A stretch of 64,000 nt of DNA from a virus: positions 29,710-93,709 of IMG/VR virus record IMGVR_UViG_3300027777_001718; one strand, written 5' to 3'. The notes beneath the pieces were generated by a model. It ran no database searches, had not been told where the DNA came from, and saw only the letters and a list, made by a program, of their open reading frames with translations. Of the stretch, positions 38,141-47,294 are shown piece by piece. Each line of letters begins with the position of its first letter. Positions within the stretch are counted from its first letter, which is position 1. The position numbers were made by a program, and so were the translations under genes.

Positions 38141-38482
38141 TTAGCGGCGAACCGGCTTGTACACAGTACGGCTGTTTTTGCGCACAACCGCGCCGCCGAA
38201 CAGGCGGTTACGGCAGCTTTCCGAGTTGCACGTTTCCGCGTTGTAGAGCTTGGGCGCCGACTGGCAACGACCGTTTGCGCAAGGCGAAACGGCAGAAACC
38301 AGCTCGATCACCACCGGTTGCGGGGCAACTACCACGGTTGCCGGCTGCGTGACAACAATCGGCGCAGCCTGCTTGGTGGCAAGAATGCTTTGGGTGCCGT
38401 CAGCCAACGTGGGCTCACCGGCAACCGCAGCGGTTGCAACAAACGAAACACAAGCAACAAACAAAGCTGTAAAAGCCTTCAT
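38141..38482 (-). CDS. secreted small protein (signal peptide), Planctomycete-style
   Basis: MKAFTALFVACVSFVATAAVA signal peptide; CANGRC motif; AAGGAG RBS. Confidence 0.7.
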   Translation of the reverse strand: MKAFTALFVACVSFVATAAVAGEPTLADGTQSILATKQAAPIVVTQPATVVVAPQPVVIELVSAVSPCANGRCQSAPKLYNAETCNSESCRNRLFGGAVVRKNSRTVYKPVRR

Positions 38483-38589
38483 TACGAACTCCTTTGAAAT
38501 CACCGAACCTTGCGACAACACGTACATGCGTTGTCGTCAACATAGCTGACTGGTTCCACCGGCGAGCTATGCTCATCAGCTACACCACA

Positions 38590-38618
38590 GGTATAGCAGT
38601 TGAATTTTCAAAATCAAG
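38590..38618 (-). promoter_or_regulatory. possible sigma70-like promoter with extended -10
   Basis: TTGATT...TGCTATACC. Confidence 0.35.
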
Positions 38619-38659
38619 CCCATTTGCGCCTAGTGAAACTAGGCGTTTTGGACAAAAAA

Positions 38660-38932
38660 CTACATATGGTCGAACGGGCCACGGAGGTCGCGTGTTTCCA
38701 ATTTGTCGTCGAGCCATTTTGCTTCCGCGGCTAGAGCGTCGCCGCGGCTCTTGAATGGCCCGAGCGTTGGGCCGTCGACTGGCGATAAGTCAGCCAGCCA
38801 GTTGCCGGGGTTTGCCGGGTCTGGCTCAACATGGCTGGCCCTTTTGATATCAATAGCGCCAAGCGTTGCGAGATTGATGTTCTCGCTGTACAAGCACTGC
38901 GCATTACCGTTGGGTCGAATAAAGATGTTCAT
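38660..38932 (-). CDS. small protein associated with DUF1257/AAA modules
   Basis: I.P.G....LY.E.I.L..LG...I.RASHVEPD..G.W.ADLSPV.GP.LGPF..R..AL.AE..WL. Confidence 0.65.
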   Translation of the reverse strand: MNIFIRPNGNAQCLYSENINLATLGAIDIKRASHVEPDPANPGNWLADLSPVDGPTLGPFKSRGDALAAEAKWLDDKLETRDLRGPFDHM

Positions 38933-39936
38933 ACAGACGCTCCATCGGCACTCATAATCCGTCGGGCTGGCACAAGGGTGTCGAGATTCACGGGCATGCG
39001 CACACCGCTTTGTTGGCGGGCAGCAAAAGTATCAGCGGCAACCAAAGCAGCGCGAGCTGCTGGGGGCACGTTGTATCGCGTAAACATACTTGCGTCCCGG
39101 GCGGTAACTTTGACAAGTGCCGCTTGCGTATCTGTGGTTAATTTCACATATACGTTATTTGCGTCACTCTCCGGGCGAAAGTTTAAATTGCACCCAACAA
39201 TCATTGCATGCCCTACAAAATCAATCCACGCGTCGATGCGCTCACAACCTACAATTGTTACGTGGTCCGCGATATTAACGCAATTGGTGTCATGGTTAGA
39301 CGTAAAAGTGCGCTGGTGGTAAAGCTGACTGCCGGCAATCTTAGCGTAGCCACGCACGCTGATGAAACCCTGCAGCGTTGTGCAAACAAGGTGTGTGTGC
39401 CCACCGACCATTACGTCATACGATAACGACGAGTTAAACAATGTGGCGTAACCGTATACTGCGCAGCGATCCCCAATCTGCGAATTTATGATTGTGGCTT
39501 CGTCGCGCACGGTGGCCGAGCCGGTAATGACTGAAGTGCCCTGCACCGTGCCGCCCCACAGCTTGGCATTTTCTGATGCTCGTGCCGTGTCTGTCATGAT
39601 GGCATCGCCGCCAACAAAAGCATTCTGGTTTACGGTGGCGTTATCCATCAATTCAGCTGTGCCGCAAACGTGCGCTTTGTGCCTGACCTGCACTTTACCG
39701 ACAATTACAGCGTGGTGATACACCCGCGCTGTCTTGGCTACAAATACCGTGTCTGCTACCTTTGCTGTGTCTGCGACCCAACCTTCGCCATTTACGTGCC
39801 TATGGGCGAATACTCGCCCACGCCCATCTTGAAAATCATGTTTCGGCGCTCTTTTCTTTCGCACCTTGACTGGCGCGTCAGCATCGAGCTTTTTCATCTC
39901 TTCTAATTCCGCAAGTGGCGGAATCATTTCAGCCAT
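38929..39936 (-). CDS. left-handed beta-helix (hexapeptide repeat) protein
   Basis: GWVADTAKVADTVFVAKTARV repeats. Confidence 0.75.
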   Translation of the reverse strand: MAEMIPPLAELEEMKKLDADAPVKVRKKRAPKHDFQDGRGRVFAHRHVNGEGWVADTAKVADTVFVAKTARVYHHAVIVGKVQVRHKAHVCGTAELMDNATVNQNAFVGGDAIMTDTARASENAKLWGGTVQGTSVITGSATVRDEATIINSQIGDRCAVYGYATLFNSSLSYDVMVGGHTHLVCTTLQGFISVRGYAKIAGSQLYHQRTFTSNHDTNCVNIADHVTIVGCERIDAWIDFVGHAMIVGCNLNFRPESDANNVYVKLTTDTQAALVKVTARDASMFTRYNVPPAARAALVAADTFAARQQSGVRMPVNLDTLVPARRIMSADGASV

Positions 39937-39938
39937 TT

Positions 39939-40889
39939 TTACTCCATCGACATGATTCGGCGTCTAGGCGCTTCGGTGATGAGTGTGCTCAAGGTCGTCT
40001 GCAGTTCGCCCATTTGGTGGGTAAGATTTTGCCGCAGCGTCTTACTGTTGCGCACGTCCTTTGCTGTGACGCCGCTGACGAGGTTGTTGGCCTGCGAAAT
40101 CAGCGTTTCAAGCTGCGGATTTGACCGCACGTTCATGCGGCGGAAGTTCTCGTAGAACTCCTTAAAGTTATCAATAGCCGTAACCTTGAAGATCTTCGGC
40201 TGGCCGTCGGGCGCGTCTGTAAGCCGCTCGATCAAGTGGGACACCATCTCTGACAGCTGCTCAGCGAACGCGTCTTCAGCCAGCGCGACGGCGTTCTCAA
40301 ACCGCTGCTGGATTCGGGTCTGCTCTTGGGCGTACAGCTCGGGGTTAAAGTTCATGAGATAGCGCGGCGGCTCAATGGGCGGATACTCCCATGTGACCGA
40401 GAAAACACCCTCCAGCGTCGCCGGATAATCCGCCGGGTTGTACAGCTGGCCCAGCTTTTCCCGGGCTGCTAACTTGATCGACTCATACTCCAGCTGCAGG
40501 TTTGAAGAAGCAGCGGCCAGTTGGTCTTTAAACTCCCGCATCTTTTCTTCAAAGCCGACCACGTCCTGCTGGCGGATTAGCCGGATACCCTCCTGTGGGT
40601 ACGGCAGGGTCAGGCCGCGCCAATAACCCTGCGCTTGACTCTTGATTGCCGTTGCTGCCCGATATGCCGGGTGCGTAGTGTCAATCAGCCGCTTGGACGC
40701 CTTGACCAAATCTGTCGACGCGTCAAACGCATCTGCCGCCTGCTTGGTCTGCGCATCAGACAGTTTGCGCTGCGTACCCAGCCACGAGAACGACAGCTTG
40801 ACAGCGCCCATGTTCTGGCGCATCTCGTTTGCTGCTGTTGCGATGTCCTGCTGAACTGGGCTCTCAACCTGTTCGGTTTCTTCTGCCAT
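39939..40889 (-). CDS. DUF3150-like protein
   Basis: helical 316 aa protein in the AAA/DUF1257 neighbourhood; ends PRRRI. Confidence 0.55.
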   Translation of the reverse strand: MAEETEQVESPVQQDIATAANEMRQNMGAVKLSFSWLGTQRKLSDAQTKQAADAFDASTDLVKASKRLIDTTHPAYRAATAIKSQAQGYWRGLTLPYPQEGIRLIRQQDVVGFEEKMREFKDQLAAASSNLQLEYESIKLAAREKLGQLYNPADYPATLEGVFSVTWEYPPIEPPRYLMNFNPELYAQEQTRIQQRFENAVALAEDAFAEQLSEMVSHLIERLTDAPDGQPKIFKVTAIDNFKEFYENFRRMNVRSNPQLETLISQANNLVSGVTAKDVRNSKTLRQNLTHQMGELQTTLSTLITEAPRRRIMSME

Positions 40890-40906
40890 TGACTTTGGTT
40901 CCTTTG

Positions 40907-41164
40907 CTATTCGAACGGCAATAGCCGCCGGCGAACGCCGTTTGTTGTGTATTCATTCTGGGTAATATTAGTGACAGGCTCTGGCCCGGTTAGCGGTTCA
41001 AGCCCCGGTATTTGCGCCGTGCTTGCGACTACGATAGCTTGCCCGCGTTGGTCGCCAATAAAAAGCACGCCGTCTGCAAAATTGTAAGCTAACTCGCCGT
41101 ACGCTAGGTTTGACGGCACACAGCCTGCAATTGCGCTGCGTTTAATTCGGACAGTGTATGACAT
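40907..41164 (-). CDS. mini protein with Mtd/hyaluronidase-like tail-fibre N-terminal motif
   Basis: IKRS..AG..P..LAYGELAYN..DG.LFIGD. Confidence 0.6.
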   Translation of the reverse strand: MSYTVRIKRSAIAGCVPSNLAYGELAYNFADGVLFIGDQRGQAIVVASTAQIPGLEPLTGPEPVTNITQNEYTTNGVRRRLLPFE

Positions 41165-41169
41165 GTGTT

Positions 41170-41550
41170 TTACTCGACTACGACGTCTGGGTGCAGGTTG
41201 TCATAAAACTGCAGCGTAACGTCTTCCAGCGCAGACAACTTTTGAATGGCTTCTTTTGCTAGTTCGTAATTCTTTTGCACCCAATCGTGTGTGCGCATTG
41301 CTTGTTGAACTTGTTCGTGCAATTCGTAATCATCGCCCAAGAGCGATCTTTCTTGCCATTCAGTGATAAGTTTTTGCAACTCAACGTTCAGCTGGTTTGA
41401 AGACGCTACAACATTGAGAATAGTCAACATTTGTTCGTAATAATCAGGAAATATGTTGATAATGCCGGTGACTTGATTGTTGGCTTCGTCTAATTTGCCA
41501 ATGAGCGTAAAAAAGCGGTTTCGAATGTGATCAGGTAATTTTTCGTCCAT
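41170..41550 (-). CDS. hypothetical coiled-coil protein
   Basis: 126 aa ORF. Confidence 0.6.
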   Translation of the reverse strand: MDEKLPDHIRNRFFTLIGKLDEANNQVTGIINIFPDYYEQMLTILNVVASSNQLNVELQKLITEWQERSLLGDDYELHEQVQQAMRTHDWVQKNYELAKEAIQKLSALEDVTLQFYDNLHPDVVVE

Positions 41551-41575
41551 TGCACGTGTTTCTTTCTGTAGGCAA

Positions 41576-41609
41576 TCGCGGCTTGCAACTACACAGTTGC
41601 TGGCCGCGA
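41576..41609. terminator. intergenic hairpin downstream of the AAA gene
   Basis: TCGCGGC..GCAACT-ACAC-AGTTGC..GCCGCGA. Confidence 0.5.
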
Positions 41610-41613
41610 AAAA

Positions 41614-43134
41614 CTAGTTGACCGACGTGGCGTTGATGACCTTGCGGGGCTTCTGCGGTGCTACTGCAGTACGCGCCTTACCTACGCGGGAATACAGGCC
41701 AGCGGTATCAGCAGACAAGCAGCGACCTGTGGCCCAGCTACGCAGGTTTTCGATCTGTTCAGCCGACGTAACCGATACCGGCACGACGTTCTGCGCAGCT
41801 TCAAGCAATGTGACCTCAAGCAACGCAGCCAAGCGACAGCACGACTTGATCTCGGCGCCAGTCCAGTTGGAATCGTCTGGCTTTGCCTGCGACTTGTCGA
41901 TATCGAACTGACTTAGATAGATATCCCAGATCGTTGCGCGTTGCTCATCGCTCGGCAGATCCACGAAGAAGATGCCGTCGAAACGCTCGGCACGTGCAAA
42001 CGGCGCCGGCAGTTGGCTGGCGTCATTGCACGTACCGATGAAGAACACGTCGCTGGTGTGGTCGTTAAGCCACGTCAGCAGCGTGCCGAACAAGCGGGCG
42101 CCGACGCCGGAATCATTGGCGCCGGAGTTGCCCACACCAGCCAGACCCTTCTCAATTTCATCCACAAAAAGAACACAGGGTGCCATGGCGTCGACCTGCT
42201 TGAGGGCTCGGCGCATGTTGCCCTCGGATTCGCCGACAAACTTGCCCATGAGTGAGCCGAAGTCGAGCATCACCGTGGGGCGACCCACTTCGTTGCCAAG
42301 CGCTTTGGCGAACTGGGACTTGCCGCAGCCCGGGGGCGACAGCAAAAGCACGCCCTTGGGTCGCTTGTCGACGTTCGTTTCGCCCTGCCGCCGCATGGCA
42401 CGCAGGCAGAACTGTTTCAGGTTCTCAAGCCCGCCAAGGTTCTGGAAGTTGGCGTCGCCGCGATACAGAGTCATGGTGCCGCTCTTTTCGAGCGTCTGCG
42501 CCTTGATGTTCCAGATCACGTCAGACGACAGCTTTTTGTTTTGGACGAACGAGAGCGCATACGCATTCTCGGCCTCCTGCCGGGTTAGGCCGCGGGAAGC
42601 GTCTACAACAGCCTGCACCTCGGCTTCAGTCGGCTTGATGAACGCCGGGTTGTCGTTGACGTTGTCATTGATGAGATCGTTGCAGGTCTTGGTCAGCTGC
42701 GTGTTATTTGGCAACTCGTGGTGCACAACAGTAAACAGCTTCTCGATTTCGGGCTGAAGCTGCAGTACGGGCGACACGATTACGATAAACTGCCCGACGC
42801 CTTTGCCAAGCGCAGCCCGGTTTGCGAGCGTCTGCAAGACTTCTGGGTTTGCCAGAAACCGGTGGAAGTTTTTCAGCACCAGCACCACGGGCGGCGAGTT
42901 CGGCGGCGTGATTTCGGCCAGATCTGCTAGATATTTCAACGGGTGCAACGGGCTGGGCGCGGGCGTCACCTTAGAATAAAACTGGCGGTCGATGTCCCAC
43001 AGTTCCAAATTCCACTTTTTATCTTCCGTCATCTTGCGGATAGAGTCAATCGCGTCGTCGCATTCCAGCGTTTCCACCCAGATGCCGGAGAATCCAGCGC
43101 AGATCAGCTCATTGATATCTTTATCGAGTGCCAT
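41614..43134 (-). CDS. Ycf46-like AAA+ ATPase
   Basis: GGLENLK, SPPGCGKS, KFVGESE, FVDEIEK, RAERFD..FFVDLP, TGAEI. Confidence 0.9.
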   Translation of the reverse strand: MALDKDINELICAGFSGIWVETLECDDAIDSIRKMTEDKKWNLELWDIDRQFYSKVTPAPSPLHPLKYLADLAEITPPNSPPVVLVLKNFHRFLANPEVLQTLANRAALGKGVGQFIVIVSPVLQLQPEIEKLFTVVHHELPNNTQLTKTCNDLINDNVNDNPAFIKPTEAEVQAVVDASRGLTRQEAENAYALSFVQNKKLSSDVIWNIKAQTLEKSGTMTLYRGDANFQNLGGLENLKQFCLRAMRRQGETNVDKRPKGVLLLSPPGCGKSQFAKALGNEVGRPTVMLDFGSLMGKFVGESEGNMRRALKQVDAMAPCVLFVDEIEKGLAGVGNSGANDSGVGARLFGTLLTWLNDHTSDVFFIGTCNDASQLPAPFARAERFDGIFFVDLPSDEQRATIWDIYLSQFDIDKSQAKPDDSNWTGAEIKSCCRLAALLEVTLLEAAQNVVPVSVTSAEQIENLRSWATGRCLSADTAGLYSRVGKARTAVAPQKPRKVINATSVN

Positions 43135-43148
43135 GTGTTCCCTTCAGG

Positions 43149-43340
43149 TTAGTTCTGGATTTCGTTCGTCTGGTCGTTGGTCGCGGTGTAATACTCACCG
43201 GTAAACGTCTCACTGGTCGTGGCGCCCAGCGCGGCTTCAAGCGCGCGGGTGGCGTCTTTGCAGGCGCTGCCCGAGAAGCCAGTGGTTTCAATCTTTGTCT
43301 CGCCCTTGGGGCTGATAGTGATCTGAATAGTCTTTGACAT
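43149..43340 (-). CDS. DUF2997 family protein
   Basis: I.I.P.G...IET.GF.G..C..AT..LE.ALG....T.EYY. Confidence 0.85.
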   Translation of the reverse strand: MSKTIQITISPKGETKIETTGFSGSACKDATRALEAALGATTSETFTGEYYTATNDQTNEIQN

Positions 43341-43342
43341 GT

Positions 43343-43708
43343 TTAGAAACCCTCCACGCTGATGTTGAGCTTGATCGAACCGTCGTCCAGCGTCTCCTCG
43401 TACACCGAGTAGCCGCCCTTCTGGGCCTCATAGATGGCCTTTTCGACAGCGTACGCTTGCAGGAACCGGTCAAGCTCTTCCTGCTTGCCCCACGAGCCGT
43501 TGTAGTTGTCGTAATCCAGTGCGCCCGTGGTGGTGTTAATAACCACCGGATAGTTCCAGCCTTTCAACTTGACGCCCAACCCTTGACGCTGCACGCCGAA
43601 CACGTTGAACGTGTCGGCCGTAGCAGCCGCGATACCCAGCCGGCGGCAGGCAGCCTGCACGGCGTCAACGTCCTTAACCTCGGTCTTAATTTGTACGATG
43701 TGCGACAT
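43343..43708 (-). CDS. DUF1257 (Ycf35-like) family protein
   Basis: MSHIV.IKT...A...LG...W.YPV...DNY.G.WG...Q.YA...GY...E...DGSI.L. Confidence 0.85.
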   Translation of the reverse strand: MSHIVQIKTEVKDVDAVQAACRRLGIAAATADTFNVFGVQRQGLGVKLKGWNYPVVINTTTGALDYDNYNGSWGKQEELDRFLQAYAVEKAIYEAQKGGYSVYEETLDDGSIKLNISVEGF

Positions 43709-43711
43709 GTG

Positions 43712-44074
43712 TTATTTCTTTCTTTCTTTGACGATTTCTGCGAGCGCGCAGTTGACAGTGAATTCAAATTGATCTGGCGCGATATAGTCAGTGCCAGCAA
43801 AAGCCTGTAGTACATCAACCGCAACATTACGGCTGTAGATAGTTTTGAATTGTTTTGGCCCGCTTATTGTGTCCACGCGATATTCAGTCACGTCGTGCAA
43901 CGTGACAACCTCTGGAATCACAAGCACGTCTTTGTACGCTTCACGCAGCGTGTTAATAGCATCTAGCGCGGTCAAAATGCGTTCTTTGTCGGCGTCGTGT
44001 TCTACTTCGCTGTATGGCTGCATGCGTGGCCTATGACTTCTGTTTTTGTTTCGATCCAAACGCGCGCGCCGCAA
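43712..44074 (-). CDS. hypothetical protein (start uncertain)
   Basis: ORF tiling the operon. Confidence 0.55.
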   Translation of the reverse strand: MRRARLDRNKNRSHRPRMQPYSEVEHDADKERILTALDAINTLREAYKDVLVIPEVVTLHDVTEYRVDTISGPKQFKTIYSRNVAVDVLQAFAGTDYIAPDQFEFTVNCALAEIVKERKK

Positions 44075-44304
44075 TTCAGCGGTTTGTTAGGCGAATAAAT
44101 GACCGTTGACGGGCCCGTTATTTCGACTGTGGCAAACCGATACGATTTGCCGCGCCACTGAATTGTGGTAACCGGGTCTACCGCGCCTGTCTTCATATTG
44201 CTTCGAATGATGTGCATATTGACGTGAATGCGCTTGATTGTGCCTGCAGGGAAAACACGCGTTTGCGTTTCTGCTGGGTCAAGCGCGCAGGCGATTATCG
44301 CCAT
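44002..44304 (-). CDS. conserved phage protein
   Basis: IHVN.H.IR.N...GPS.V.YSP.KPL.CGARVWIET. Confidence 0.75.
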   Translation of the reverse strand: MAIIACALDPAETQTRVFPAGTIKRIHVNMHIIRSNMKTGAVDPVTTIQWRGKSYRFATVEITGPSTVIYSPNKPLNCGARVWIETKTEVIGHACSHTAK

Positions 44305-44344
44305 GGCGGCTCCTGTGCGCGCCCAACGGGGCGCGATAAAGATA

Positions 44345-44423
44345 TCTAGCCCGCCGCCGCCCTCGGGGTATGCTTGCCGCTTTATCAGTGCGGGGCAGGA
44401 CCAAGGGCGGCTAGGCGGGTAGA
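44345..44423. other. long GC-rich imperfect hairpin (terminator, processing site or ncRNA)
   Basis: CCCGCC-GCCGCCCT...AGGGCGGC-GGCGGG pairing immediately downstream of the 44439 gene. Confidence 0.55.
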
Positions 44424-44438
44424 CAAGAGAGTGTAAGC

Positions 44439-45227
44439 TTAGCGGCTCACGTCGTAGACACTGCCCAGCTGCTTGTGCGTCGACAGAATCTCTTCTGCCG
44501 TTGTGTAGCAGCCGTCACAGGCAGCCAAAAAAGCCGCGGCGGCTTTCAGCTGCGTCATCGGCAACACGGTTGACTTTCCAGTTGTCACGGCTGGGCGCTT
44601 GGGCAGCACACGCGCCGTTTCCGGCACCGTCACCTGCATCGTTTTCTTGCCCTTGGCCGCAACGCGGCTCTTAGCGTCAGCGTCGGTTTTCTTTGCACGC
44701 GGCGCGCCACCCATACCAGCTTTCTTCAACAGCTGACTGACCTGCGCCGGGCTGACTTCAATCTTACGCTTGGCCAACGCTGCAACGATATCGACGCCAC
44801 GCATCGAATCTCCAGCTGCCTTCCGCTTGTTAATTTCGTCACGGATGTGATCAGCACCGCTTTTCTTCTCGGACATAGCTGCGTTCCTGTTGTTTGCGCC
44901 AGTTGTACTAGGCGCGTCTTCTTCGTCGTCAGCCACAGTGGCTACGACTTCTTCATCATCATCCTCGGCGGCGGGCTCGTCGTCATCGGCCGTAGCTTCA
45001 TCTTCGACCAGCTCGTCGTCGTCGTTTTCATCGGCAAGATCCACTTCGGTATCTTCGCCTTCTTCCAGTTCAGCATCGACGTCCGAGTCGATATCGTCAT
45101 CCTGTTCTTCAGTCTGCATCCGTGTGACTTTCTTTTTTTCGTCGTCTGCCTTGCGCACTGACGACGCAAGCGGCTTTCCCCACATGCTTTCTGACATGAC
45201 AAAAGCGTCTGCGTTTTTCTTTGGCAT
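44439..45227 (-). CDS. acidic/basic protein with Planctomycete-type HTH-like domain
   Basis: D/E tract then SGADHIRD...DIVAAL..R.IEVS.AQVS..KK; GGAGAG RBS. Confidence 0.6.
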   Translation of the reverse strand: MPKKNADAFVMSESMWGKPLASSVRKADDEKKKVTRMQTEEQDDDIDSDVDAELEEGEDTEVDLADENDDDELVEDEATADDDEPAAEDDDEEVVATVADDEEDAPSTTGANNRNAAMSEKKSGADHIRDEINKRKAAGDSMRGVDIVAALAKRKIEVSPAQVSQLLKKAGMGGAPRAKKTDADAKSRVAAKGKKTMQVTVPETARVLPKRPAVTTGKSTVLPMTQLKAAAAFLAACDGCYTTAEEILSTHKQLGSVYDVSR

Positions 45228-45286
45228 CTTTCTCTCCAGTCTGCCACGCCCGAAAACGTTTCGGGGTTCCGTGCGGCTAAATACAC

Positions 45287-45296
45287 AATATGCCGC
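45287..45296 (-). promoter_or_regulatory. GCGGCATATT motif, candidate -10 element (also at 60779-60788)
   Basis: identical 10-mer about 60 nt upstream of two genes. Confidence 0.4.
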
Positions 45297-45359
45297 AAAA
45301 ATCAAAAATCAACACCCCGGCAAAAATTTACGCAAATAGCGCGTAAATGCGGGTGTAAA

Positions 45360-45695
45360 TTAGCCGCGGCAATCTTTCAGCAGCGGTTGAAACGCAAAAT
45401 AGAGTCTGGGCGCGTCAACAAACACTACCGTGCCGCGCACCGCGTCAACCTTGCGTATGACGTGGACATATGGTGGTTCAAAGTGCGAGACTTCGAAATT
45501 GTCTAGCAGCTCTTCGCTTGTCCATACATCGCGGCCATACGTGGTTTCTAGCAACGCCCGAACTTCGCCCGCGGCCATGTGCGCAAAACGATTGTGGAGG
45601 ACATGCGCTAGCGCTGTTCGATCTTCGCCAACAAGCTCAATATTGGTTGTTGGAATTTTTGCGCTAGGTTTGTTCATCGGTTTGGGTGGCTGCAA
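45360..45695 (-). CDS. conserved phage protein
   Basis: YG.DVWT.EEL...FEV..F..PYV.V.RK.D..RG...F...PR.YF.F. Confidence 0.7.
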   Translation of the reverse strand: MQPPKPMNKPSAKIPTTNIELVGEDRTALAHVLHNRFAHMAAGEVRALLETTYGRDVWTSEELLDNFEVSHFEPPYVHVIRKVDAVRGTVVFVDAPRLYFAFQPLLKDCRG

Positions 45696-46053
45696 TTTGG
45701 TTCAATTCTTCTGTGTGTGCTTGAATCTTGTTGTTAAGCTCAATTGCGTAGTGTTGGTAAAATTTCAATTGCCCCACCAAATCTTTGTGCACCTCGCCGC
45801 TAAAATTGGCCAGTTGTCCCAAAAGCGTAATGAGGCTGATGTAGTAGGGAGGTTGCGTACTGCGTAATTGCAGCAAGCCTGCCGGCATTTTTTCTGGTTT
45901 ATTTTCCCACACCGGGATAATCGCAATTCCGTGGAGTTCTGGAATTGTCTGCAGGATGTTGACGCAAAAGCCTTCAGTTTTTTTGATGAATTCTGCGTCA
46001 AACGGCATTCGGGTGGTTGGGATGTCTGTCGGCACTTGTTCTTGCGCGTCCAT
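45664..46053 (-). CDS. hypothetical protein
   Basis: 129 aa ORF. Confidence 0.65.
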   Translation of the reverse strand: MDAQEQVPTDIPTTRMPFDAEFIKKTEGFCVNILQTIPELHGIAIIPVWENKPEKMPAGLLQLRSTQPPYYISLITLLGQLANFSGEVHKDLVGQLKFYQHYAIELNNKIQAHTEELNQIAATQTDEQT

Positions 46054-46065
46054 GCTTTTCCTTAT

Positions 46066-46410
46066 CTATTGTGTGTACCGCATGCGCTCTGGCAGCAGCC
46101 CGTCAATGATATTCCCTAGTCTCGTTGCTGCAAGTCCGTAGATGACGAGCGTCAGCAGGCCGTCCAGAATACCACCGACCCAGTTTCCTGCCAAGAGTAG
46201 CAAAAACAGGTAGACAGGTATGTGGTATGACTTGCAAAACGGACACCCTAGCCACTCCAGCGCGTAGCCTTTGAGCGTATTATGTGGCGTAACGTCTTGC
46301 AGCGCTTGCGTATACGCCCGGGCTGCCGCAAAAAGCGACCCCTTGTGCCAAACTTCGATGACAGCGCCTGCGGCAAGCACAACAGCAAAGAAATCAAAAT
46401 AAGATATCAC
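46066..46410 (-). CDS. DUF1360-like membrane protein
   Basis: hydrophobic helices flanking LGCPFC.SY. Confidence 0.65.
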   Translation of the reverse strand: MISYFDFFAVVLAAGAVIEVWHKGSLFAAARAYTQALQDVTPHNTLKGYALEWLGCPFCKSYHIPVYLFLLLLAGNWVGGILDGLLTLVIYGLAATRLGNIIDGLLPERMRYTQ

Positions 46411-46415
46411 GGCGT

Positions 46416-46661
46416 TTAATCTCTTCGGTTTCGGCGGAATTGTTTACAGCGTTGTTCTTCGGCTTCTTGTTCTTCGTTTTCTGCGGCTTCTATTTCGCCT
46501 TGTCTAAGTCCGTTTATGGCAATAGACATGCAATAAATAACAAAACCAGCAATGATAAAACTGCTGAGGCCGTACGCGCGACCTGTAATAACCGCACTAA
46601 TCAGTAGCGCGGCGGCTACACCCATAAAGACCGTATGCGTAGCATTGAATTCTGGCGACAT
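46416..46661 (-). CDS. two-TM membrane protein
   Basis: two hydrophobic segments and a charged tail. Confidence 0.6.
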   Translation of the reverse strand: MSPEFNATHTVFMGVAAALLISAVITGRAYGLSSFIIAGFVIYCMSIAINGLRQGEIEAAENEEQEAEEQRCKQFRRNRRD

Positions 46662-46667
46662 TCATTT

Positions 46668-46952
46668 TCATTCTGCGTATTGATCACCAAACGGCCACAC
46701 GCGCGTTCTTCCAGTGTCTGCAGGTTCGCTACAGGTTTGTTGCGAAGTTTGTGCGTTGGCGTATGGCGGTTCTAGGTTTAAATGATTGACAGCGTTATCG
46801 GGCAGGTAAATACGCGGCCCGGGTCCGCGTAATGTGCTCTGGAAGATTGGCTGGCGCCGTTCTTGATACAACTTTGCGGATCGGCCAATTTGTGGCATAA
46901 TTTGCTCCTTAAATGCAACGGTGCACCGTTTAGTATACCGTTGCCGTTCCAC
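46668..46952 (-). CDS. hypothetical protein
   Basis: 94 aa ORF filling the gap. Confidence 0.5.
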   Translation of the reverse strand: MERQRYTKRCTVAFKEQIMPQIGRSAKLYQERRQPIFQSTLRGPGPRIYLPDNAVNHLNLEPPYANAQTSQQTCSEPADTGRTRVWPFGDQYAE

Positions 46953-46961
46953 AGGGTGTAG

Positions 46962-47294
46962 CTACTGCGGCGGTAAAGCTTTCACAGTGATGTATGGCAG
47001 CTGCTTTTGCCGTTGCGCGGCAAATGGAATTGCCGGCCGCGGCATCTTGGCTAAAAACACCACAACGGTTTGCGGTGGTTTTACGGGTTGCCGCTTTATT
47101 GCCTTGCGGGCTTTAAACGCAGCAACGCCGAGCTGCAAAAGACCGAATGCGATTTGAAACAAACCGCAGACGATCATTTTGAGATATAACACTGTGTACT
47201 GGACCAAAATGCCGCAGCTGTTTTCCAGCCATTGCAGTTCCGGCTCATTTGCTTTCAAATATACGCGATTGCTCGCGTGCCCATACTTACGCAT
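46962..47294 (-). CDS. hypothetical membrane-associated protein
   Basis: 110 aa ORF filling the gap; one hydrophobic stretch. Confidence 0.5.
   Translation of the reverse strand: MRKYGHASNRVYLKANEPELQWLENSCGILVQYTVLYLKMIVCGLFQIAFGLLQLGVAAFKARKAIKRQPVKPPQTVVVFLAKMPRPAIPFAAQRQKQLPYITVKALPPQ

Noticed and set aside
44345-44423. SRP (4.5S) RNA
   Set aside because: Long hairpin, but it lacks the conserved CAGG..GGAA..AGCAG domain IV motif
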